Shown piece by piece: positions 17,254 through 23,509 of a DNA stretch of 46,473 nt. The translations under genes were made by a program, and so were the position numbers. The stretch spans positions 1-46,473 of the forward strand of contig JBOHSA010000104.1 of NCBI GenBank assembly GCA_050732995.1. The letters run 5' to 3'. The stretch is from Gemmatimonadales bacterium (GTDB lineage Bacteria > Gemmatimonadota > Gemmatimonadetes > Gemmatimonadales > GWC2-71-9). The notes under the pieces were generated by a model. It was not told the origin of the DNA. It searched no databases and saw only the letters and a program-made list of their open reading frames with translations. Position 1 is the first letter of the stretch; every line of letters starts with the position of its first letter.

Positions 17254-17282
17254 ACAATACGAAAAGCGCGCGCGATGCGCAA
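17254..17282 (-). promoter_or_regulatory. Candidate sigma-70-type promoter of the ATP-grasp/GNAT/KamA operon
   Basis: On the minus strand: TTGCGC (17282-17277), 17-nt spacer, TATTGT (17259-17254). It lies inside the only AT-rich patch of the region, about 75 nt upstream of the ATG at 17176. Confidence 0.3.
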
Positions 17283-17287
17283 TAGGG

Positions 17288-17349
17288 AAAAACAAAAATT
17301 GCGTGGGGTGTCGTGAGTGGTGTGTGGGGCCGACTCCCCACCACGCGGT
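17288..17349 (-). terminator. Intrinsic terminator downstream of thyX
   Basis: Minus-strand RNA: GCGUGGUGGGG-AGUCGG-CCCCAC...CCCCACGC followed directly by AAUUUUUGUUUUU. The stem is GC-rich, with alternative pairings of GUGGGG/CCCCAC and GCGUGG..CCCCACGC, and is followed by a U-tract. Confidence 0.55.
17300..17329 (+). repeat. GT-rich 30-nt element, copy A (TGCGTGGGGTGTCGTGAGTGGTGTGTGGGG)
   Basis: 25/30 identical to the reverse complement of 19760-19789 and 22/30 to 21745-21774. It has (GGTGNNN) heptad periodicity. Confidence 0.7.
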
Positions 17350-17351
17350 CG

Positions 17352-18104
17352 TCAGACTTTGTGGTAGGCGATGCGCGCGGCTTCTTGTCGATCGTCGGCG
17401 ACGTAGATCTCGAAATCGGAGAAGAGCGATCCGGCTTCCCGTTGCAGCGCGCGCAGGCAGGCGACGGCCATGCGCCGGATCTCGAGCTCCGCGCCCTCCG
17501 ACGTGCGCAGCTCGAGCATCGTGCGCCACGCGCGCGCGTTGCCCGACACGACGATCTTCACCTCGGTCGCGTTGGGCAGGACGCTGCGGGCCGCCTCGCG
17601 CGCCACCTTCCGGCGGTGCACCTTGTCGGTGACCCAGGCGTAGCGCTCCATCAATCCCTCGACGGCGCGCACGTAGGCGGCTTGCGCCGCCTCCACCTGG
17701 CGGGCCCACTCCGCTTCGAGCCCGGGCTCGCCCAGGACGGCGGGCGGCATGACGAACGCCGCGTGGGACTCGTCCACGTAGCGCTGGGAGAGTTGCGAGT
17801 AGCCGAAGCCCGCCCGATGGCGCACCAGCTCGTGCGAGCAGGAGCGCGAGATCCCCTCGATCAGGAGCACGTAGACCGAGTGCTCGAGCACCGAGCCGTG
17901 CCCCTGCTTCTTGATGTTCTCGATGTAGTCGGCGGTGGTCCGGTTCGCCGGGTTGTGCTGGCTCATGTAGCACAGGCGGCCGGCGTATTCGGCGAGCCGC
18001 TCGCCCGGTGTCGCCGCGCCCTTCCACTGCACGGGCAGGTGGCTGGGCTCGAGGAACTCGGGGCGGGCGATGAGCGTGACGCGCGGGTCGCGGAAGACTT
18101 CCAT
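17352..18104 (-). CDS. thyX: FAD-dependent thymidylate synthase ThyX
   Basis: 250 aa starting MEVFRDPRVTLIARPEF. It carries the ThyX signature RHRAGFGYSQLSQRY (RHRxxSxxQxSQRY). This is the C-terminal part of an 806-aa track ORF whose upstream part is an out-of-frame shadow of the FAD oxidase gene. Confidence 0.92.
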   Translation of the reverse strand: MEVFRDPRVTLIARPEFLEPSHLPVQWKGAATPGERLAEYAGRLCYMSQHNPANRTTADYIENIKKQGHGSVLEHSVYVLLIEGISRSCSHELVRHRAGFGYSQLSQRYVDESHAAFVMPPAVLGEPGLEAEWARQVEAAQAAYVRAVEGLMERYAWVTDKVHRRKVAREAARSVLPNATEVKIVVSGNARAWRTMLELRTSEGAELEIRRMAVACLRALQREAGSLFSDFEIYVADDRQEAARIAYHKV

Positions 18105-18135
18105 GGAGTCGGGTGTCAGGTGTCGGGTGTCGGGG
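18105..18135 (-). repeat. Tandem heptad array abutting the thyX start codon (sense: CCCC GACACCC GACACCT GACACCC GACTCC ATG)
   Basis: Read directly. It overlaps the last codons and stop of the FAD oxidase gene and fills the 11-nt spacer. No purine-rich SD is present. Confidence 0.85.
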
Positions 18136-19726
18136 ACTGCCGGGCCAGTTCTGGTTTCGGAACGCCCCACCCCGCGGTGCGCTCGGTCTCGCGCAGGCGG
18201 TGGGCGATGTCGTCGGGAATCGGGGCCGCGTCCCCGCCGACCTTCAGCTCGGCGAGCGGTGCCCAATCGGCCGCGGGAATAATAACACCCGGGTTCAGGA
18301 TGCCCAGCGGGTCGTAGGCGCGCTTGAGCTCGCGGAACGCCGCCATCAGCTCCGGCCCGTAGAACCGCTCCCCGAGCCCCGCGCGCAGCCGGCCGTCCCC
18401 GTGCTCTCCACTCGGCGTCCCCCCGAGCCGGACTTGCAGCGCGGTGACGTCGTCCAGGAGCGCCGCGAGCACCCGCTGCCCCTCCCTGCGCCAGCCGGGC
18501 TCCGTCACATCCGGCAGGGCGTTGACGTGCAGGTGGCCGTCGCCCGCGTGGCCGAAGGCGGCCACGGGGATCCCCTGGCGCGCGGCGGCCCGCCGAATCT
18601 CCCGGATGTAGTCGGCGAGCCGGTCCACGGGCACGCACCCGTCCTCGATCACCTGGAGCGACCGCCGCTTGGCCGGCAGCCGCGCCAGCGCGGGGCTCGC
18701 CATGCGTCGCACCGCCCAGAGCTGCTCCAACCCGGCACGGTCGACCGCCGTCTCGACGTGATCCGCCGGCGCGCGCAGGCCGCGGACGGCGTCGCCCACC
18801 GCACCCCGGGCGGCGGCGGCCGTGTCCCGCTCGAATTCGACCAGCAGCAACCCCTCGAGACCCTTGGGGACCTCCCCGCCGGCCTCCGCCACGAAGGCAA
18901 GGAGGGTGCGATCGAGCAGCTCGAGCGCCGACGGCTCCAGCGCGAGGAGGAACGGCACGGCCTCCGCGAGCGCGTCGAGGTCCCGGAAGCCGAGGGCGGC
19001 CCCCGCGAGCGCCGGCGGGATGGGATCGAGCCGCCACTCGACCGCGGTGACCACCGCGAGGGTGCCTTCCGAGCCGATCAGCAGGTCGAGCTCGTCGCCC
19101 GAGGCGGCGCAGGCATCGAGCGCGTAGCCGCTTGAGTTCTTGCGCGTTCGGGGGAATCGCTGGGCGACCTGGTGCCGGGTGTCGGGGGTGAGGCGCCAGG
19201 GCCCGGCGCCGCCTCCCCGCCGGATCGTGCGGGCTTCCCCGTCGGCGGCCACGACTTCGATCGCCTCCACCCACCGCCGCACGCTGCCGTAGCGCACCGA
19301 CCGGGGACCGGCGGCGTTGGTCGAGACCATCCCGCCGCACGTGGCGAAGGCGCCGGACGAGGGATCGGGCGGCAACCGGAGGCCGAAGGGGCGCGCGGCT
19401 TCGCTCACCTGGGCCCACGTGGTCGCGGCCCCGGCGCGGGCGCGGCGCCGCGCGGGCTCGATCGTGACGCCGCCCAGCTCCCGTCCCCGGCTCAGGTCGA
19501 CAATGACGCCGCGGCCGACGTTGCCGCCGGGCATCCCGCTGCCCGCGCCGCGGGGGACGAGCGGCGTTCCGGTCGCGGCCGCCCAGCGCAGCACCTGTTG
19601 CAGATCGGAAACGCTGTGCGGCAGTGCCACCGCCTCGGGCAGGATGCGATAGATGCCGGCCGCCTCGGCATAGGCGGCGCGGACGCGCGGGTCGGTGAGG
19701 AGCGTGGGCGGCTGAGGGAGGGGCAC
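18116..19726 (-). CDS. FAD-binding oxidoreductase (GlcD / D-lactate dehydrogenase-like, FAD_binding_4)
   Basis: PHSVSDLQQVLRWAAATGTPLVPRGAGSGMPGGNVGRGVIVDLSR (FAD-binding PCMH motif), and a C-terminal FAD-oxidase_C-like region ending ..YDPLGILNPGVII. The start is inferred at the GTG at 19726, just downstream of a heptad array. Track ORF start 19855 adds a Cys/Val-rich translation of the repeats. Confidence 0.8.
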   Translation of the reverse strand: MPLPQPPTLLTDPRVRAAYAEAAGIYRILPEAVALPHSVSDLQQVLRWAAATGTPLVPRGAGSGMPGGNVGRGVIVDLSRGRELGGVTIEPARRRARAGAATTWAQVSEAARPFGLRLPPDPSSGAFATCGGMVSTNAAGPRSVRYGSVRRWVEAIEVVAADGEARTIRRGGGAGPWRLTPDTRHQVAQRFPRTRKNSSGYALDACAASGDELDLLIGSEGTLAVVTAVEWRLDPIPPALAGAALGFRDLDALAEAVPFLLALEPSALELLDRTLLAFVAEAGGEVPKGLEGLLLVEFERDTAAAARGAVGDAVRGLRAPADHVETAVDRAGLEQLWAVRRMASPALARLPAKRRSLQVIEDGCVPVDRLADYIREIRRAAARQGIPVAAFGHAGDGHLHVNALPDVTEPGWRREGQRVLAALLDDVTALQVRLGGTPSGEHGDGRLRAGLGERFYGPELMAAFRELKRAYDPLGILNPGVIIPAADWAPLAELKVGGDAAPIPDDIAHRLRETERTAGWGVPKPELARQSPTPDT

Positions 19727-19731
19727 GATCC

Positions 19732-19752
19732 GGGTGTCGGGTGTCTGGTGTC
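19732..19752 (-). repeat. Tandem heptad array 5 nt upstream of the FAD oxidase start (sense: GACACCA GACACCC GACACCC GGATC GTG)
   Basis: Read directly. Plus strand: GGGTGTC GGGTGTC TGGTGTC. Confidence 0.85.
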
Positions 19753-19759
19753 CGGAACA

Positions 19760-19789
19760 TACCACGCACCACTCACCACACACCACGCA
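19760..19789 (-). repeat. GT-rich 30-nt element, copy B (minus strand TGCGT GGTGTGT GGTGAGT GGTGCGT GGTA)
   Basis: 25/30 identical to copy A and 24/30 to copy C. The plus strand reads ATACCAC GCACCAC TCACCAC ACACCAC, i.e. CA-rich on the sense strand of the downstream + gene (19840). Confidence 0.7.
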
Positions 19790-19839
19790 GGTTGCGTTCC
19801 GCTTGACATCGTCCGCACGCCGCGTGAAGCTTCCCGGCG

Positions 19840-20700
19840 ATGGCGACCTCCGCACCTCCGGCTCCGCCCCCCCCCGCTCGCCCGGGGGCGCAGCGCGCTC
19901 AGCTGATCCACATCGAGACCGATCGTCGGCTCGGCCATGAATGGGACGAGTGGGACGGCCGGCCCCTGCCGGGCAACGGCGATTTCTCGGCGCCGCCGGG
20001 GGTGTTCTTCCGGTACGCGGCCCTGGCGCTCGCCGCGGCGTTCGGCGCCGCCGCCGCCCTCCTCTTCCTGCTGGCGCCCCGGCTGGCCACGCTGTGGGCC
20101 CGCCTACCGGCGCTCCTGGGGCTCGGCCTGGGGGCGGCCGTGGCCGTGGCGTGGGTGTGGCTCGCCCTGCTCGCCGCTTCCTTCTATGGCGGCGTCGGCC
20201 TGCTGCCCGAACGGCTGCTCGAGCGCGGGCCCTACCTCCGGCTCATGAGCCTCACGTCGCTCCTGTCCCGGGTCACCGGCCGGCGCGACTGGGTGGAGCA
20301 CGCCGCGATCGACGTGTACAACACGCTCGCCGTGCGCCGGGGCCGTATCGTAGGGCAGGGTGAGCTGCTGGTGCTCATTCCGCGTTGCCTCTCCAAACAG
20401 GCGCTGGACGGCGTGCTCGACATCGCGGGCCGCTACCACGTGCCCGTGTTCGTGGCGACGCGGGGGCAGCTCGCCCGGCGGGTGATCCGCGAGCGGCGGC
20501 CGCGCGCGGTGGTCGCGGTGGCGTGCGAGCGCGATATGATGACCGGCCTGCGCGACGTGGCCGGCAAACTCCCCGTGCTCGGTCTGACGATGCAGCTGCC
20601 CAACGGCCCTTGCCGGGACGCGTCGGTGGATCTGCGGGTGATGGAAGACTGGGTGAAAGGGTGGGTGGGGGGAGGAGGGGGGGGGGGGGCCCGCGCCTAG
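19840..20700 (+). CDS. DUF116-family membrane protein
   Basis: The N-terminal half has hydrophobic helices. The C-terminal domain LVLIPRCLSKQ...VFVATRG...AVVAVACERDMMTGL...GLTMQLPNGPCRDASVD matches my recollection of the DUF116 Cys-containing domain. It ends with GGGGGGG encoded by a G13-containing tract. Confidence 0.65.
   Translation: MATSAPPAPPPPARPGAQRAQLIHIETDRRLGHEWDEWDGRPLPGNGDFSAPPGVFFRYAALALAAAFGAAAALLFLLAPRLATLWARLPALLGLGLGAAVAVAWVWLALLAASFYGGVGLLPERLLERGPYLRLMSLTSLLSRVTGRRDWVEHAAIDVYNTLAVRRGRIVGQGELLVLIPRCLSKQALDGVLDIAGRYHVPVFVATRGQLARRVIRERRPRAVVAVACERDMMTGLRDVAGKLPVLGLTMQLPNGPCRDASVDLRVMEDWVKGWVGGGGGGGARA
20658..20689 (+). repeat. G-rich tract AGGGTGGGTGGGGGGAGGAGGGGGGGGGGGGG (contains G13)
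   Basis: Counted directly: G13 spans 20677-20689. It shares the core GGGGGAGGAGGGGGGGGG with the tract at 21221-21240. Confidence 0.85.
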
Positions 20701-21158
20701 CCGCCGAACTTCCGCTGCATCGCCTCCAGTAGTCGCTCCGCGATCTTGTACCCTTCGTGCTCCGGCGGCGGGATCAGCTCCAGGTCCCGCGGGGCACGCG
20801 ACGCGTCAGAGAACGGGCGGTACACCGGCTCGATCGTGAGCCGGAACTTGCCCTGCGCGTCGGCATCCGCCCAGCAGCGGATCTTGATCGTGGCGTCGAG
20901 GTGCGGCGTGCCCCGGGACCGGTGCGTGCGTACGTCGTACCAGTCCGTCTCGAGGTAGCCGTCCCCCGCGTGCGCGAACGCGACGCGCACACTCTCCGCC
21001 TGGAGCCACGCCGAGATCTCGGGAATGACGGCCGCGGGCCGGCCGGCGAGCACGCTGGAGAGGGCCTGCGGGAACGGGCGGAACGCCGGCCGCGTGCTTC
21101 CCGGGGCGCAGGCGGCGAGGAAGCATACGGGAAGCAGGGCAGGCGGCAGGCGGACCAT
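20697..21158 (-). CDS. Hypothetical lipoprotein (153 aa)
   Basis: MVRLPPALLPVCFLAA|C gives a signal peptide plus lipobox. The ATG at 21158 overlaps the stop of the upstream gene by 1 nt (TGATG). The upstream 148 aa of track ORF 20697..21602 is rejected as Arg/Gly-rich. Confidence 0.55.
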   Translation of the reverse strand: MVRLPPALLPVCFLAACAPGSTRPAFRPFPQALSSVLAGRPAAVIPEISAWLQAESVRVAFAHAGDGYLETDWYDVRTHRSRGTPHLDATIKIRCWADADAQGKFRLTIEPVYRPFSDASRAPRDLELIPPPEHEGYKIAERLLEAMQRKFGG

Positions 21159-21733
21159 CAGTGCGAGTGCGCCTTTGTCCCCGGCCCGTGCACATGGCCG
21201 GCTGGTGCCGCCGTGTCGGCGGGGGAGGAGGGGGGGGGGGCCGCCGTGTCGGCCGGCCGGACGATGCCGCGGTCGACCATCTCGGCCTTCAGGTGCTCGT
21301 TCGTGACGCCCGCGGCGTGCTCGAACACCGCGCGCCCGCCGGCGGCGGCCGTGGCGAGGAGGAGCCCCAGTCCCACGAGACTCAGCGCGCGCAGCCCCCA
21401 TTCCTCGAGCGGCCGGAGCCCGCCCCGGCGCCACAGCTTCCACAGGAGCACGAGGGTGAAGGCGATCATGGTGTACAGCGCCAGATCCTCGTGGCGCTCC
21501 ATGATCTCGTGGATCGCCTCGCCGTGGTCGATGCTCTCCTCCGCCCGCTCGCCGGCGAGGTAGGCCGCCCACCCCCCAACGACGCCGGCCCAGAGCGCCC
21601 ACAGCCCGGCCGCCCGGACCGTCTCGCGCTTCAGGAGCCAGCCGCCGAGGTCGAACAGCACGGCCACGAGCAGTAGCGCGGCGGGCAGGTCGTTCAGGGC
21701 CGCGTGGATCTTCGCCCAGGTGTAGTCACCCAT
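21158..21733 (-). CDS. DUF2231-like integral membrane protein with His-rich C-terminus
   Basis: Four hydrophobic helices (LPAALLLVAVLFDLGGWLL, AAGLWALWAGVVGGWAAYL, LALYTMIAFTLVLLW, LSLVGLGLLLATAAA). The tail is ..PADTAAPPPSSPADTAAPAGHVHGPGTKAHSH. GAGG lies 6 nt upstream of the ATG. Confidence 0.55.
   Translation of the reverse strand: MGDYTWAKIHAALNDLPAALLLVAVLFDLGGWLLKRETVRAAGLWALWAGVVGGWAAYLAGERAEESIDHGEAIHEIMERHEDLALYTMIAFTLVLLWKLWRRGGLRPLEEWGLRALSLVGLGLLLATAAAGGRAVFEHAAGVTNEHLKAEMVDRGIVRPADTAAPPPSSPADTAAPAGHVHGPGTKAHSH
21207..21253 (+). repeat. 14-nt perfect direct repeat (GCCGCCGTGTCGGC) flanking a 19-nt G-rich insert (GGGGGAGGAGGGGGGGGGG); the G run totals G11 with the first base of the second repeat
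   Basis: DR copies lie at 21207-21220 and 21240-21253. The G run is 21230-21240 (G11). On the coding (minus) strand this duplicates ADTAAP around PPPSS. Confidence 0.85.
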
Positions 21734-21744
21734 GAAAACCTCGG

Positions 21745-21774
21745 TGCCTGGTGAGGGGTGAGCGGTGCGTGGGC
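21745..21774 (+). repeat. GT-rich 30-nt element, copy C (TGCCTGGTGAGGGGTGAGCGGTGCGTGGGC)
   Basis: 24/30 identical to copy B and 22/30 to copy A. It fills the hbd-DUF2231 intercistronic spacer and is CA-rich on the sense (minus) strand. Confidence 0.65.
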
Positions 21775-21775
21775 G

Positions 21776-22663
21776 TCACAACCCGAGGTTGGACACGACC
21801 GGCGGGGTCTTGGCGTAGTCGTAGAAGCCCTTCCCGCTCTTCTTGCCGTACATCCCCACCAGGACCATCCGCTTGAGCAAGGGCGGCGAGGCGTATTTCG
21901 CCTCGCGGTATTCCCCGAACATGATCTCGGCGATCTTGTAGGTCGTATCCAGGCCCACGAAGTCGAGCAATGTGAGCGGGCCCATCGGGTAGCCGCAGCC
22001 GAGCTGCATCGCCTTGTCGATGTCCGTCACACTTCCCACGCCGTGCTCGACAGCTCGGATGGCATCCAGCAGATAGGGGATGAGGAGCAGGTTGACGATG
22101 AAGCCCGAGGTGTCCTTGGCCGCCACCGGCTCCTTGCCGAGCGACTTGGCGAACGCGAAGGCGCGCCGGAAGGCCTCCTCCGACGTCGTGACCGTCCGCA
22201 CCACCTCGACGAGGGCCATCAGGGGCACGGGGTTGAAGAAATGCAGGCCGAGGAAGCGATCGGCCCGCTTGGTGGCGGCGGCCATGGCGGCGATGGTGAG
22301 ACTCGACGTGTTGGAGGCGAAGAGCGTGGCCGGAGGGCACAGGGCGTCCAATTCTTTCCACAGGGCGTTCTTGAGCTGCAGATCTTCCGTGACGGCTTCG
22401 ATCACGATGTCGCAGCTCTTGAGGTCCGCGGTCGTGGTCGTGAACCCGAGGCGCTTGAGCGCGGCGTCGCGGTCGGCCGGCGGGACCTTGCCCTTCTCCA
22501 CGAGCTTGGCGAGCGATTTCTCGATTCCCGCCTTGCCCCGGTCCAGGACGTCCGTCGCCACGTCGCGCACCAGCGTTTCGTAGCGGGCCGTTGCGGCCAC
22601 CTGCGCGATGCCGCTGCCCATCAGCCCACACCCCAGCACCCCCACCCGCTTGATGTCGGTCAT
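21776..22663 (-). CDS. hbd: 3-hydroxybutyryl-CoA / 3-hydroxyacyl-CoA dehydrogenase
   Basis: NAD-binding N-terminus VGVLGCGLMGSGIAQVAA, followed by HFFNPVPLMALVEV and the C-terminal 3HCDH domain (GFIVNLLLIPYL, GCGYPMGPL). Confidence 0.9.
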   Translation of the reverse strand: MTDIKRVGVLGCGLMGSGIAQVAATARYETLVRDVATDVLDRGKAGIEKSLAKLVEKGKVPPADRDAALKRLGFTTTTADLKSCDIVIEAVTEDLQLKNALWKELDALCPPATLFASNTSSLTIAAMAAATKRADRFLGLHFFNPVPLMALVEVVRTVTTSEEAFRRAFAFAKSLGKEPVAAKDTSGFIVNLLLIPYLLDAIRAVEHGVGSVTDIDKAMQLGCGYPMGPLTLLDFVGLDTTYKIAEIMFGEYREAKYASPPLLKRMVLVGMYGKKSGKGFYDYAKTPPVVSNLGL

Positions 22664-22669
22664 GGCTCC

Positions 22670-23509
22670 TCAGATCTGGAAGGTTCTGCGGATTTCCTCG
22701 GCCATGCGGACGAAGGCGTTGGCGCGGGGCCCCCCTCCCCCACCCGCCCCGAGCTGATGCTCGGGCCGGATGTCGCCGCGCTCCAGGCGGTCGAGCGTCT
22801 GCTCGAACGCGAGCTGGATGCGCCCGTTTTCACGGCGGTGGCTGCGCGCCACCCACACCCCGCCGGTCGTCAGCCCGAGCCCGGGCACGAGGGCGATGAC
22901 GTCGGCCGCCGGCAGCGGCGTGCCCAACCCCAGGAGGACGGCGCTGATCAGGACACCGGCCGCCGCCATGACGCCGCCGTTCGTGAGCCGGCTGGCGCGT
23001 TGCTGGCGGACGTCGGCCTCGAGTCGCACGTGACAGAACCCCGGCTCGAGCTGGGTGACCTGGGTGCTCACTTCCAGCGCCCGGGCCAGGGCGTAGCGGC
23101 GGCCGCCGCCCAGCGCCCGCTGGATGGACGCGAACGCGCCGGCTTTGGGTTCCCAGGTGGTGCGGTCGGGAAAGCGGCGCTTCGGCTGGAGCAGCTCTTG
23201 TTCTTCCATCCACCGGCCGAGGGCCCGCTCCACCGCCGCGCGATCGCCCGGCACGACGCGGTGGCTCGCGACCGTCCCGGGCCCCGCGAGCCAGCCCCAG
23301 GGTCCGGTCGGCGGGGCGACGGCCGTCCGCGTCTGCTCCTCGACGAGGGCCTGCTTCAGGTAGCGGGCGGGGATGCCCACGTCCTGGCCCAGCGCCAGGA
23401 CTTCGGCCTGGGTCAGTCCGTCGCCGATGTCCCGCTCGCCGGTCTGCAGCTCCGCCGCGCGCCGGATGATCCGGTCGAGCGCCTCGCGGCTGATCAGCTC
23501 ATCGGCCAT
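22670..23509 (-). CDS. Hypothetical membrane protein co-transcribed with the SPFH protein
   Basis: 279 aa. The N-terminal domain is soluble, followed by two hydrophobic helices (GGVMAAAGVLISAVLLGLG; VIALVPGLGLTTGGVWVA). The start abuts the SPFH stop (23509/23510). It does not resemble NfeD. A GGGGG run near the C-terminus is encoded by a C-rich tract (22730-22750). Confidence 0.5.
   Translation of the reverse strand: MADELISREALDRIIRRAAELQTGERDIGDGLTQAEVLALGQDVGIPARYLKQALVEEQTRTAVAPPTGPWGWLAGPGTVASHRVVPGDRAAVERALGRWMEEQELLQPKRRFPDRTTWEPKAGAFASIQRALGGGRRYALARALEVSTQVTQLEPGFCHVRLEADVRQQRASRLTNGGVMAAAGVLISAVLLGLGTPLPAADVIALVPGLGLTTGGVWVARSHRRENGRIQLAFEQTLDRLERGDIRPEHQLGAGGGGGPRANAFVRMAEEIRRTFQI

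Noticed and set aside
17352-19772. 806-aa ORF appearing to fuse thyX to a large N-terminal region
   Set aside because: Only the last 250 aa (from MEVFRD at 18104) match ThyX. The upstream 556 aa is an out-of-frame reading of the FAD oxidase gene (Arg/Gly/Pro-rich).
17300-19789. Calling the inverted-repeat-flanked thyX/FAD-oxidase segment a mobile element
   Set aside because: No transposase, integrase or recombinase is present, I could see no target-site duplication, and the repeats are short (30 nt, 25/30). I kept it as a finding, but a mobile_element feature is not supportable.
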